From Thermoplasmata archaeon (GTDB lineage Archaea; Thermoplasmatota; Thermoplasmata; Lutacidiplasmatales; UBA184): 64,000 nucleotides of DNA. Under the pieces are notes generated by a model. That model was given only the letters and a program-made list of their open reading frames with translations. It made no database searches and was not told the DNA's origin. Below are positions 26,350-36,018 of this stretch, in pieces. The stretch is taken from positions 32,001 to 96,000 of the forward strand of contig JAGWLG010000007.1 in assembly GCA_028864975.1 (NCBI GenBank). The letters are read 5' to 3'. Every line of letters begins with the position of its first letter. Within the stretch, counting starts at the first letter, position 1. The position numbers were made by a program, and so were the translations under genes.

Positions 26350-27984
26350 TTACGAGGATTCCCGGTCTCCGCCGTGGGTCGGCTCCGCGGCCTCCGCAGC
26401 TTGGCCCCCGTGGGGGGCCGCACCGGTCCCCCCGCCACCATGACGCTTCACATGCTCTCGCAATCCGTGCCCCGCCTCCCTCAGGTTCTTCCGCATCTGA
26501 AGACGTTGTTGCTCGAGCTCTTCGACCTGCGCTTCGTGCTGTTGCAGCGCCTCGGCGTGCTGCACCAACTCGGCCTCGCGCTCCGAGAGCTTGCGGCTCC
26601 TCACGTCAAGCTCATGGGACCTCTTGGCACTGGCCTCCTCTCGGGCCCCTACCTCCTTCTCCCGGGTCTGGAGCGAAGCAGCACGACTCAAGTTCAGTCG
26701 CGTTCTTTGTCCTAGCTCGGCGTCCTGCGCGTTCAGGCGGGCCTGTCTCTCCTCCGCATCTCCGAGCCGCTTCCGGCTCTCCGCGGCAAGCTCGTTCGCC
26801 TCCGCCAGCCTTCGCTGGAGCTCCTCCTCCTGAGTGCTCTTGACCTTCTCCCATTGCTCCTCTTGGGACAACAGCTGCCCCTCTCTCACATTGAGCGAGT
26901 CCTCGTGAGACCTCAGTTGGCCATCTCGCGTCGAGAGCGCCTTCGCTCGCTCGCGCGCGGCAACCTCGCGCTTGTCGAGGTCCTCCTGGGCCGCCTTGAG
27001 CCGAGTTTCGCGCCGTACTAGGTCCTGGGATTGGTGTTTGATCTCCAGTTCCCGTTTCTTGAGCTCGATCTCCTCGAAGGAACCGGCCTTGGGTGCCCCT
27101 GCCGCCTCCGCTCCCCCCGCCGGCGGTCGCCCTGCTGCCTCTTCCTTCTCGGCAAAGGCCTTCTCCCGTGTTGCGAGGCTCTGTTCACGTTCCGTGAGGG
27201 TCTTCTCCGACCGCGTGAGCTCCTCCAACCGGCGCTGCAGCTCCTCCTGCCGCGCCTCGAGGTCACGCTTGACCCCCTCCACCTCTACGATACGGGAGTC
27301 GAGAGTCTGCTCTTTCTGAGAGAACGCGGCTTCCCGCGCCTTGATCGCGTCCTCCCGGGTGGATAGCGCGGACTCGCGGTCCGAACGTCCCTTCTTGCGG
27401 TCCGAGCCTGCGGCTTGAGCTGGCTCAGGGCCCTCGGAGGGAGCTGGGCCCGCTGCGGGAGGGGTCGCCTCGATCGTCCCCACGCCTCCCCGGGGCGGTT
27501 GTGGAGGGGGCTGAGGCCGTGTTGCCGCCCCCGTCGGAGTGGGAGGCGCGGGGGAGGAAGGAGCAGGGGCAGGAACAGGGGCGGCCGAGACGGTAGGGGG
27601 CTGGGAGGGTGGAGGAGGAGGCTGTGACGGGGAGGGTGACGTGGAGTTGGCCCTGGGCGACGGTGGTGGAGGTGGAGGGGGCAAGAAGAGGACCCCGGAG
27701 GTTCCTAGCCGCACCTGCTCCAGTCCCTCCGGGGTGATCCTGGCCTGGAACCCGTCCCCGGCCCTCGCTTCCATCCTGATCAAGCGGTACCCCTGCAGGG
27801 TTTGCAGGGCTCCTTCGATGTCCAGGTCGCGCGCTCCCCGCAAGGACTTCCGGGCATCGCGAAGATACTGGTCCCGTGGGACGGCCAACTGGCCCCCACC
27901 GGAGGCTTCGGCGGTGAACCGCAGGACCATGTACAGAAAGTCCTGCGGAGCGGCGGGGGCAGATTGGACGGATGCCGTCGCCAT
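26350..27984 (-). CDS. Putative winged-helix + Pro-rich linker + long coiled-coil protein
   Basis: N-terminal IEGALQTLQGYRLI..FQARITPEG; PPPPPPP linker; (L/S)xxRExxL heptad repeats; His/Gly-rich tail. Confidence 0.75.
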   Translation of the reverse strand: MATASVQSAPAAPQDFLYMVLRFTAEASGGGQLAVPRDQYLRDARKSLRGARDLDIEGALQTLQGYRLIRMEARAGDGFQARITPEGLEQVRLGTSGVLFLPPPPPPPSPRANSTSPSPSQPPPPPSQPPTVSAAPVPAPAPSSPAPPTPTGAATRPQPPPQPPRGGVGTIEATPPAAGPAPSEGPEPAQAAGSDRKKGRSDRESALSTREDAIKAREAAFSQKEQTLDSRIVEVEGVKRDLEARQEELQRRLEELTRSEKTLTEREQSLATREKAFAEKEEAAGRPPAGGAEAAGAPKAGSFEEIELKKRELEIKHQSQDLVRRETRLKAAQEDLDKREVAARERAKALSTRDGQLRSHEDSLNVREGQLLSQEEQWEKVKSTQEEELQRRLAEANELAAESRKRLGDAEERQARLNAQDAELGQRTRLNLSRAASLQTREKEVGAREEASAKRSHELDVRSRKLSEREAELVQHAEALQQHEAQVEELEQQRLQMRKNLREAGHGLREHVKRHGGGGTGAAPHGGQAAEAAEPTHGGDRESS

Positions 27985-28338
27985 GGAGGTGGCGAGCCTG
28001 GCATACCGAATCGAACACTTAGTTGTTGGGAGACGGCAAACAGGCCCGTGGAAGGAGGGTCCCTCCCTAACAGGCGAGGGGGGGCTCTTCTCGGCACCCA
28101 GGGACGACGAGGCGGGATTCCCCGTCCTCCTTCCGCGGGCGGTGGCTCGAAGTTCACGCCCCGAACAGCGCGGAGCGTCACGACCCGTGCGGCTTCCTGG
28201 TGGTCGCAGATGGGGACGCTCTGGTCCGGTGCGGCCCAGTTACGAGATCGGTCGAGCTCAAATACGACGAACGGTGTCCGTTTGTCCGACATGGGTCGGA
28301 CAGTGCTAACCCCGCGAGGGCCCGTAGTCGCGTCCCAG

Positions 28339-28629
28339 ATGGGTCGCCTCCCTCCCTTGGGCCAGCTGTCCAACGAAGTACGCTCGACTCGAGGCCCGGC
28401 GCTCTCGTCACCCTTCTCGTCCGGTAGACCGATGGTCTGCCGTTGGTGTGGCGAGAAGGCCTCCGTCAACCGCATCCTGAGGATCACATTCTGCGCGACC
28501 CATGGATTCGAGGGCCCCCTCGACCCGGGCGATGTCCCGGTCTTCCGGGCGGGGCGCGCGCTGGGCGCGGGGGTCTACCCCGTCTCTGCAGGTCTCGCAA
28601 CGGGCTCGTGGGCGGTTCCGGCAGGGTAG
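28339..28629 (+). CDS. Small putative Zn-binding protein (CxxC..CxxH), paralog B
   Basis: GRPMVCRWCGEKASVNRILRITFCATHGFEGPLDP..GSWAVPAG; clearly similar to 16535-16792; start uncertain. Confidence 0.7.
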   Translation: MGRLPPLGQLSNEVRSTRGPALSSPFSSGRPMVCRWCGEKASVNRILRITFCATHGFEGPLDPGDVPVFRAGRALGAGVYPVSAGLATGSWAVPAG

Positions 28630-28692
28630 CGCTGGCGAAATGTTCCCGTGCGATGGGTCGCGCCTGAACGCTCGTGGAGAGGGGCGGCAGCT

Positions 28693-29151
28693 CTACGCGG
28701 GGCAGGCAGGAGGCGAAGATCCTGTTCTTGCGGTTAGAGCCGGCCACTGGCTGGCATCGATGCAGAAGAACGCGGTCGCGTGGTGACCGGTGGAGTCGCG
28801 AGTGATGAGGGAACCGGGGTAGTACCCGGCGGCCGAGTAGACGTGGACCACGTTCGTCAGGGCGGAGCTGGAGCCGTCACCGAAGGACCAGGAGAAAGAG
28901 TAGGGCGGCGTACAGCCCGACGCGCTCGCCCAGAAGACCACGGACCCGTTGAGGTAGTCTGTCGCGTTCGGGCTCTCGTTCCAATCTCCTGGCAGCGGGA
29001 TCTCCATGCCCCAGGGTGTGTTGAACGGGCAGTAGCTCGAGTGACCCAGGAACGCGACCAGGCCCGCCCCCGCGGCCGTCCCGGCTATCGCACCGACCAA
29101 GACGGCAACGAACGGGGTGACCCCCCGCTGGCCGTGGATGCGAGGCGGCAT
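28693..29151 (-). CDS. PKD-domain protein with class III (pilin-like) signal peptide
   Basis: QRG|VTPFVAVLVGAIAG; PKD motif YSFSWSFGDG..VVHVYSAAGYY. Confidence 0.72.
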   Translation of the reverse strand: MPPRIHGQRGVTPFVAVLVGAIAGTAAGAGLVAFLGHSSYCPFNTPWGMEIPLPGDWNESPNATDYLNGSVVFWASASGCTPPYSFSWSFGDGSSSALTNVVHVYSAAGYYPGSLITRDSTGHHATAFFCIDASQWPALTARTGSSPPACPA

Positions 29152-29321
29152 GCGACACCCCCAAGAAACAAGGCTCGCATGCCTGCTTGAGCCTTCGGTC
29201 GAACCGGATTCATATCGACGCACGACGGGGCCAGGATGCCCTGCTGTACAGGAGTCCCCTTCCTCTCAGGGAAGGAGACGAGGAACATGGGAACTAACCG
29301 GGGGGAAGCATTCCGATGCCG

Positions 29322-29903
29322 CTAGACCCCGTCCCTCTTGGCGAGCATCCTCCGGAAGAGCTCCGCCTGCTCGATCGCGTCATCGAGCGCGTTGTGCGTG
29401 TGCTTGCGACCTGATCGAAGGTGGCTCGGAAGGTTCCCCTTCCGAGTGCCGCGCCAGTCCGTGCCTCCTGCTCCCATCCAGAACGACTTCATGTCAAGGG
29501 AGTTCGGGCCGAAGAGGTTCGCGCCCTCCTCCTCCGTCAGGAACTTGACCATGTACCAGCGAACAAACATCCAGTCGAAGGTCCCGAAGGAGGCGAAGAC
29601 GGGACGTGCGGGCAGGACCTCGCGGACCCACCTTCCGAAACGACGCATCGCCTCGGCCGGCTCGACGCCCTCGGCCTCGAGCTTCGAAAGGTCGAGGCCG
29701 TTCACTCGCATCGCATCGGGGTCCGCCTTGGAACCTGGCAGCGGTTGGAGCTCGACGTAGAAGGTCTTCGAGACCTCGCTCAGCCAACAGGCCCCGAGGG
29801 ACACCATGGAGTACTCCCCGGGGATGGGGCCCGACGCCTCGATGTCGACCGAGATCACCTCCTCTCGATAGCGTTGAGTCGGATCCTTAGGGGTCGCCTG
29901 CAT
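29322..29903 (-). CDS. DEDDh 3'-5' exonuclease (Rv2179c/RNase AS-like)
   Basis: SVDIEASGP, TFDWMFV and HTHNALDDAIEQA. Confidence 0.88.
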   Translation of the reverse strand: MQATPKDPTQRYREEVISVDIEASGPIPGEYSMVSLGACWLSEVSKTFYVELQPLPGSKADPDAMRVNGLDLSKLEAEGVEPAEAMRRFGRWVREVLPARPVFASFGTFDWMFVRWYMVKFLTEEEGANLFGPNSLDMKSFWMGAGGTDWRGTRKGNLPSHLRSGRKHTHNALDDAIEQAELFRRMLAKRDGV

Positions 29904-30224
29904 GCTCCTCCATTCACCCGCCGCTCGATGAATCCATCGAGGGGCAGCGGGGTGAAGGGGCTTGGACCGCAACCCCTCGGACTCGGTCCGCTCGGCATGT
30001 GATCCGCGGGGAGGGACGAGCGCCGCGGTCAGACACGGAGCGCGACCGAGCGGTGCTCCGGGGCGGTAGAGCGTACCCCAGCCGGTCGCCGGCATTCACG
30101 TGTGGGGCGGACCAACAATGCCCTCTGCGCAGGCTCATTTCATGGATCGCATCGTCTCGCACAGCCCGTCAGACGGAGGAGGCAGCCCATCTCAAGCAGC
30201 GGAAGGTCCGACGCTTGTACGCCG

Positions 30225-30545
30225 TCAAGTTGAGGGAGAGTGTCCAAAGAGCCACGACGCGGCGCCGACGGGCAACGAAGGGATCGCGGGGTTGGACATC
30301 GCGCTGACGACGAGGAGGTACAGGACGACGGCTAGGATGATCGGTACGACAAAGAGGACGTTGAGGATGATCGCGATGACCTTCATGTCGTGGTCATCTC
30401 GGCTTTGGGCCACGGGCATGTAAGTCGGGACAAGAACGTAGGGAGGGGGCCCCGGGGGGGGAGGGTAGCCTAGGGGGGGCCCGGAGGGAAGCGGTGACCC
30501 CGGAGATGGGGGTGGGGGCGGCGGCTGGCTAAAGTTCGAGGCCAT
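30225..30545 (-). CDS. Small single-pass membrane protein with Pro-rich N-terminus
   Basis: PPPPPPSPG..GYPPPPGPPPY followed by VIAIILNVLFVVPIILAVVLYLLVV. Confidence 0.7.
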   Translation of the reverse strand: MASNFSQPPPPPPSPGSPLPSGPPLGYPPPPGPPPYVLVPTYMPVAQSRDDHDMKVIAIILNVLFVVPIILAVVLYLLVVSAMSNPAIPSLPVGAASWLFGHSPST

Positions 30546-30908
30546 GCTCGTCGAAGTACCCCTCTGCCGGTATGTAGAGCTGCTTCCCCGTCTATCACCA
30601 GTTAGTCGCGATGATCGCGAGCACATCGACCGAGTCCACGGATCAGGAGGCCGAGGCACGAACGCACTCTGTCCCGAACGGATTACCCCAGGGGAAGAAC
30701 GTCGTGATCGTGGAGGGGCGTGGAGTCGCTGCGAGTGTTCCGACGACCGCGGAGGCCCTCAGGGCACCTCGCGGAGAGCGCGCGCGAGCAGCGGCCTCCC
30801 TCGTTTCCATCCTCACGGTTACGCCTCTCCCGCCGAGTCGGACGGAGGGGGCAACAGAAGCGCAGTCACGGCCGCGACACTGCTCGTCAGGAGGCCCTCG
30901 TCGTCGGG

Positions 30909-31472
30909 CTAGATCAGAGGTGCGCTCCACGTGCCATGGACCTGGACGGTGTCGGCTTGCGAGTCGGCCGCGCAGACCTCCGGAGAGAGCGACCCGGTCT
31001 GGAAGGAGCCCGACCCGCCCGTGCCGCGGGCTTCGTAGAGCACCCGACCCCCCAGGTCCTCCACGAGGAACGTGGCGTCCGTGCCCCCCTCAGTGGACCA
31101 CGTGAGGTGGTAGGTGGCCCCGGTCCGAAGGACCCCGTTCGTCCCTCCCGGATCGCAGACGCCGCTCCCAGGCGGCCCGTAGTACGGGACGTTGAGGGTG
31201 AAGGAGAAAGCCCGCGTGGTGGGTACCGTCACGCTCACGATCAGTATCGCGGCGAGCACCGCCAAGGCCAGCAGCATTATGATCCTCCCTCTCCCGAGAA
31301 AGTACGCGCTAGAACGGGCGACGCGCTCGCGACCTGGGGTGAGCCGCAGAGGAGTGGTGAGCGTGGATGAGCCGCCCGTGAGCGGAGGCTGGAGCGGCGC
31401 GCCACATGAACGGCAGATCCCCTCGTCACGGAAGTGGAGGAGCCCGCACCGGGCGCACTCTCGTGCGGTCAA
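30909..31472 (-). CDS. Zinc ribbon + TM + small extracellular beta domain protein
   Basis: CARCG..CRSCG; IIMLLALAVLAAILIVSV; Cys pair in the ectodomain. Confidence 0.72.
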   Translation of the reverse strand: MTARECARCGLLHFRDEGICRSCGAPLQPPLTGGSSTLTTPLRLTPGRERVARSSAYFLGRGRIIMLLALAVLAAILIVSVTVPTTRAFSFTLNVPYYGPPGSGVCDPGGTNGVLRTGATYHLTWSTEGGTDATFLVEDLGGRVLYEARGTGGSGSFQTGSLSPEVCAADSQADTVQVHGTWSAPLI

Positions 31473-31667
31473 TGATACCGGCTAGGATGTGAGCTCCCCA
31501 TAGGTCTGCCGATTCGAGCAGCTCCCGGAGATGCGGGGCTGGAGTCGATCGGCGCGCTCGGGAAGATCCCGGTCATCCGTGCCATCACCCTCGAAGGTCA
31601 TTCATCGCCCCGTGCAGCAGGGGAGCTCTTTGTCGGAGAAGGGTCCCCCGCGCCGGCAGTCCCGGAG

Positions 31668-31740
31668 TGCTCCTGGCGGGATTTGAACCCGCGTCAAAGG
31701 CTCGAGAGGCCTCTATCCTTGACCACTAGACTACAGGAGC
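31668..31740 (-). tRNA. tRNA-Glu (anticodon CTC)
   Basis: GCTCCTG acceptor stem, D loop TAGTGG, anticodon arm GAGGC-CT-CTC-GA-GCCTT, T arm GGTTCAAATCC; CCA not encoded. Confidence 0.95.
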
Positions 31741-31942
31741 AGCGACGGACGGCCTACGTCCGACCCCTTTTGGCCCTTTCTGCTTCGACCCGACGGCCGG
31801 AGCGGGAGTGCGCGGCCGGTCGCTTCCCCGCCCGCAGAACCCTCCGGATGCTCCGGAATACGCATCTCAGTTCCCGAGAGGGAATCCGGTGTCACATCAT
31901 GTCACGGAGTCAAGAAATACTACGTATCCAGTCCGAAGCCGT

Positions 31943-32389
31943 ATGATGGCGCCGGTCAAGGCCCGCACGGGCCACATTGTCATCGATGGGAAGAAGGATT
32001 TCCGGGAACTGACCAGGGTCTACCCCGAGATCCACCGGCGCGTGGTGGAGGCGAACCGACCTTTCCTCCGAGAGCCCGACCAGCTCATGCCTGAGATCCT
32101 GCTCGAGGAGAACCTGCGGGACATCAAGAGCGGAAGGAAACCCTCGGGGTTCAACCGCCAGGAGGCGGCAGGGATGCGGCTCATCTTCCCCATCCGGGAG
32201 GACCGGAAGGTCGAGTTCTACGTTAGCCGCCCCTCCCGCTGCCAGGAGGTCGTCCAGCTCACCGAGTCCATCTCCACGGTCCTGAAGAAGGCCGGGCTCA
32301 AGCACAAGGTCGAGTATGACCGGCTCCCCAACTCGGTCCGCGGTGGTTCCTCCGGCGGGTACTCGGTCGAGCCGACGACCTCGAGCTGA
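31943..32389 (+). CDS. Hypothetical protein (148 aa)
   Basis: Globular composition with typical GC3 bias; divergent from tRNA-Glu; no family recognised. Confidence 0.75.
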   Translation: MMAPVKARTGHIVIDGKKDFRELTRVYPEIHRRVVEANRPFLREPDQLMPEILLEENLRDIKSGRKPSGFNRQEAAGMRLIFPIREDRKVEFYVSRPSRCQEVVQLTESISTVLKKAGLKHKVEYDRLPNSVRGGSSGGYSVEPTTSS

Positions 32390-32460
32390 ACCGCGGCAAC
32401 CGTACTTCGCCCGAGCGGGGTCCGAGGCGGACCCGCGGCGGGTCCGCTTCGGGTCTCGGT

Positions 32461-33330
32461 TCAACCCCCGCGTCGGAACGCCAGCGCGAGGAGGCGCAGG
32501 GTTCCCCCCACCGCTCCCGCGGGACCGGGCCGGGCGAACCACTCGGGGTAGTCGGTCAGCTTGCGGAACCCCATCGCCTCGTACATCGGGCGTCCCTTCT
32601 GCGTCGCCTGAAGATAGGCGGAAGTGCAGCCCTCTTGCCGGCCAATTTCCGCGGCGGCTCGAGTGATCGCACGCCCGTAGCCTCGGTTCCGGAAGTCGCC
32701 TCGGGTCCCCACCATGTAGATCGATGCGACCCGATGGCTGACCACGACCGCCGAGGAGGCGACCGGTTCGTCCCCTTCGTAGCCCACGAGCAGTCGGAAT
32801 GCGGGGGTCTCCCGGTTCTTGACGTCCGGCACTCGGGGAAGGACCGCTCGGACCCCGAAGACCGGAAGCGAGAAGGCTTCCCCCACGACGCGATGGTAGT
32901 CGTGAAGCTGGTCCTGGTCCCGGACCATCTCGATCCGCAGCTTGCGGGGGCCAGGAGGCGCCGGGGCGAGAGGGGCGAGGGACATTCCGGGTTCGCCGGG
33001 GCCCGCCTTCAACCGGAGCGCCTCGGCAGGGCCGACAACGTCCCCCCGGACGCTGGCTGGGGTCACGCACCGCCACCAGGTGGTCCGGCCGAAGAACTTG
33101 CGCGCCGACCGGAGCACCTCCAGAGGGTCGGGGGGCGCGCGCGGAAGGAAGAGTACGCAGACGACCGGGACCGGCACATCGCATCGGCTCGCAAGCCCGC
33201 CTTCCGGGAACTCTTCGAAGCGAGCCCCTCGAGCGAGCCCGTCCATCGCCCGCATCCCGGCGAGCAAGCTCTCGTGGGAACGCACCAACAGGTCGGGCCC
33301 CGCTGCAGCCTCCACCGAAGAGCTTCCCAC
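32461..33330 (-). CDS. GNAT family N-acetyltransferase
   Basis: VASIYMVGTRGDFRNRGYGRAIT..AYLQATQKGRPMYEAMGF. Confidence 0.9.
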   Translation of the reverse strand: MGSSSVEAAAGPDLLVRSHESLLAGMRAMDGLARGARFEEFPEGGLASRCDVPVPVVCVLFLPRAPPDPLEVLRSARKFFGRTTWWRCVTPASVRGDVVGPAEALRLKAGPGEPGMSLAPLAPAPPGPRKLRIEMVRDQDQLHDYHRVVGEAFSLPVFGVRAVLPRVPDVKNRETPAFRLLVGYEGDEPVASSAVVVSHRVASIYMVGTRGDFRNRGYGRAITRAAAEIGRQEGCTSAYLQATQKGRPMYEAMGFRKLTDYPEWFARPGPAGAVGGTLRLLALAFRRGG

Positions 33331-33422
33331 GATCGATGGGGAACCCCCCTACACAAATCGTTCACGCTTCGCGGGGTGCACGAGCTTACAAGCCCACGGC
33401 TCTGAACCACGGCTGGGCTCCC

Positions 33423-34259
33423 TTGAAGATCGTCGTCGCGAGCCAAGAGGACCCTGTCGGCCGCGCCGTGGGGGAGCTCTTGGGAGCGGGAGAACCGACC
33501 GACCTGCGGGTCGGGGCCGAACGGATACGAAAGCTCTCCGAAGGACTCTACGTGTTGAAACGTGCGGGGCTCCACATCCACGACGCGAGACTTGAGCACG
33601 AGCTGCCGAGCGAGGTCGTGGTCCAGACCGAGGCCCTGATCTTCCCCTCCGTCCACCGAAGCGAGTCGAACCGCCCGGCCCTCACCGTGCACCCTCTGGG
33701 CAACCTGACCGACGAGGTGGAGGTGGGGGGGCTCCCCCTTGAGGTGAACCCGGTCCCCGCCCGACTCATGACCGAGGCTTTCCTCCGCTGGTACGACGCG
33801 GGGGAGCGGTTCGGGGTCGAGACGACCTTCGAGGCGACCCACCACGGACCCCATCTTCGATCTCCCTCGTACTTCATCGAGATCGGAAGCACGGCCAGGG
33901 AGTGGGAGCGACCGGAGCTGCTGAAGGCGCTCGCCGAAGTGCTCCGGGGCCTGGGGACGGACCCGCTGGTGCACGCGCCCGTGGTCCTAGGGGTCGGTGG
34001 GGGACACTACATGCCCCGGTTCCGGGACCTTGTCCGAAGGCGCCAGCTCGCCGTGGGCCATCTCGTCCCGTCCCATCATCTCCCTTCCATAGGACAGGAG
34101 ATGGCAGAACAACTCGTGGCGAGAACTCCTGGGGTCCAGGGGGTCGTTTTCGCGCGCGCCGACGACGCCCAGAGGTCCCCACTTAAGGAACTCCTTCCAG
34201 AACTACGCGAGAAGGAACTGCGCCCCCGGTCCTCCCAGGGCACTACGTCAAACGCGTGA
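33423..34259 (+). CDS. dtdA: D-aminoacyl-tRNA deacylase (archaeal DTD2)
   Basis: IFPSVHRS..LTVHPLGN, FEATHHGP, FIEIGST, GVGGGHY; TTG start. Confidence 0.93.
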   Translation: MKIVVASQEDPVGRAVGELLGAGEPTDLRVGAERIRKLSEGLYVLKRAGLHIHDARLEHELPSEVVVQTEALIFPSVHRSESNRPALTVHPLGNLTDEVEVGGLPLEVNPVPARLMTEAFLRWYDAGERFGVETTFEATHHGPHLRSPSYFIEIGSTAREWERPELLKALAEVLRGLGTDPLVHAPVVLGVGGGHYMPRFRDLVRRRQLAVGHLVPSHHLPSIGQEMAEQLVARTPGVQGVVFARADDAQRSPLKELLPELREKELRPRSSQGTTSNA

Positions 34260-34307
34260 TCGCCAGCGGGGTAGGCGAGAGGAAAGGGTTGGGCGGAGGC
34301 GTCGACC

Positions 34308-34580
34308 CTACTGGGTCCTCTTCGACTTCTCCGCGGGGGCTCGGGGCTGGAACAGGAACGCTCCGCTCCGGTAGACCGCGCGGCCGAGCTTCAGGTCCCT
34401 CACGTTCGTGTACTTCGTGGGGCCCTTCGAGGCGGTCATCAGGGTGTCGATGACCTGTCGGAAGAGCGCGCTCTGGTTGATCTCGGGGTGGCGCTCGAGG
34501 AACTCGTTCTGCTCCCGGGTGATCGTGATGTTCTTGCGGAGCATGCCTGCGGCCTGGGCCTGGATCTCGGGTCCGGTCAT
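34308..34580 (-). CDS. Small ribbon-helix-helix-like protein
   Basis: RKNITITREQNEFLERHPEINQSALFRQVIDTLM; ATTAAATA box 23 nt upstream suggests a leaderless ATG at 34580. Confidence 0.65.
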   Translation of the reverse strand: MTGPEIQAQAAGMLRKNITITREQNEFLERHPEINQSALFRQVIDTLMTASKGPTKYTNVRDLKLGRAVYRSGAFLFQPRAPAEKSKRTQ

Positions 34581-34602
34581 GAATGCACGTATGCGCATTG
34601 GG

Positions 34603-34610
34603 TATTTAAT
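34603..34610 (-). promoter_or_regulatory. TATA box
   Basis: ATTAAATA in a GC-rich background at canonical distance from the ATG. Confidence 0.55.
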
Positions 34611-34698
34611 TGAACCGTTACTTGGAATCCCTTTGACGGGAGACAACAGCACGCTTCGCTAGGTCTTGGCACGCCTATCTGTCGAACTGGCCCTGCCC

Positions 34699-36018
34699 TT
34701 AGGGTCGTTTCCCGTCCTTTGGTCGGTCCTGACGAGGAGGACCGACCGCCACGGCGAGCGGGGCCCCCCCGTTCCACAGGTGCTCGCGGGCCGCTCGCCG
34801 AACATCGGCGGGCCGGAGGGCTCGGAGCACGCGCGGCCATTGCTGGAAGTGGTCCAGGGGGAGGTCGAAGTACCCCACCTCCACCGCGAGTCCGTGGGCC
34901 TGAGTGGACGTCTCGAGCAGCAGGGGCAGGCTCCCCAGGAAGCTCTCCCGGATGCGACGGAGCTCGGCGGGGGAAGGGCCTTCCTCGGAGAGGCGGCGCA
35001 CTTCCCCGGTGAGGAGCCGGTGGACCGTCTCCACGTGCTTCGGGTCGGTCCCGGCGTCCGCAGTCCACAACCCCGCCCAAGCGAGGGACTCGAGCTCGCT
35101 GCTCGCCCCGTAGGCGAGCCCCTCGCGCTCCCGGACGATCTGGAAGAGCCGGGAGAGGACCGACCGGCCACCTAGGATCTCGTTGGCGAGGGTCAGGGCG
35201 GGGAAGTCGGGGTGCCCCCGAACGGGGGCGGTCCCTCCAACGACGACCTCGACCTGGGAGGTTCCGGGAACCGAGACATAGAGCAGCGGGGCGCGGTGAG
35301 CGGGTCGTGACAGAGGGACCTCGGGTGGAGGGAGCGCGGGGCCCCCGTCGAGGGCCCCGAACGTTCCTCGGAGCTTGCGAAGCAGCGTCGCAGGAGGCTC
35401 GTGGGTCGTGACGATGAGCTTGGCCCCTCGGGGAGTAAGGTGGGCGCGGTGGAAGTCCAGCAACCCTTCGCGAGTGAGGCGGGCAAGCGCCTCGGGGCTC
35501 CCAAGGGGGTTCCGTCGGTAGGGATGGGAGGCGGGCAGCAGCTTCTCGAGGAAGACCCGATCCGCTCGTTCGTCCGGCTGGGACATCTCCCGCAGGAGGG
35601 CCTCGCGCAGTTCGCGTCGGATCCGACGGAGCTCGGTGGGGTCGAGCCGAGGCTGGGTCAGAGCGTCGTATACGAGCGAGAGCACGGCCTCTTGGGCGTC
35701 CTGAGGACCGGAGGCCTCGATCTCCAACTTCTCCCAGGAGGCCCGTGCCGCGAAGGTCGCGGCGAGCCGGTCGATCTCTCTGGCAAAGTCGCGCTTGCTG
35801 CGCGTGCGGGTGCCCGCGTTCAGGAGCCTCGAGAGCGCCGTGGCCGTCCCTTCCTTCCCGGAGGGGTCCCTCGCGCTCCCCCCTTCTCCCACCCAGCTGA
35901 CCGCGAACGTGACCGAGTTCGGGGGGGCCCGCTGATGGAAGACAACCAGGCCGTTGGGAAGCTCGTGACGGGTGAGCTCGAGCGCAGGCGACGAGAGCAT
36001 GGTGGGCTCCGGGCTCAT
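34699..36018 (-). CDS. M16 peptidase family, non-catalytic subunit
   Basis: HELPNGLVV, ANEILGG..SRLFQIVREREGLAYG; HxxEH replaced by GTATALSRL; overlaps the catalytic partner's stop. Confidence 0.9.
   Translation of the reverse strand: MSPEPTMLSSPALELTRHELPNGLVVFHQRAPPNSVTFAVSWVGEGGSARDPSGKEGTATALSRLLNAGTRTRSKRDFAREIDRLAATFAARASWEKLEIEASGPQDAQEAVLSLVYDALTQPRLDPTELRRIRRELREALLREMSQPDERADRVFLEKLLPASHPYRRNPLGSPEALARLTREGLLDFHRAHLTPRGAKLIVTTHEPPATLLRKLRGTFGALDGGPALPPPEVPLSRPAHRAPLLYVSVPGTSQVEVVVGGTAPVRGHPDFPALTLANEILGGRSVLSRLFQIVREREGLAYGASSELESLAWAGLWTADAGTDPKHVETVHRLLTGEVRRLSEEGPSPAELRRIRESFLGSLPLLLETSTQAHGLAVEVGYFDLPLDHFQQWPRVLRALRPADVRRAAREHLWNGGAPLAVAVGPPRQDRPKDGKRP

Noticed and set aside
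27780-28487. 235-aa minus-strand ORF (MSDKRTPFVVFELD..)
   Set aside because: Overlaps two better-supported genes and degenerates into a Pro/Arg-rich shadow sequence; a short real ORF from 28292 cannot be fully excluded
29914-30930. Short ORFs 29914-30162 and 30643-30930
   Set aside because: No recognisable features or translation signals
31668-31740. tRNA-Glu as integration site for the accessory region 22.5-31.5 kb
   Set aside because: I saw no duplicated tRNA 3' end, integrase or virus/plasmid hallmark gene
32389-32461. GC-rich inverted repeat between convergent genes
   Set aside because: Short imperfect stem, expected by chance at this GC content
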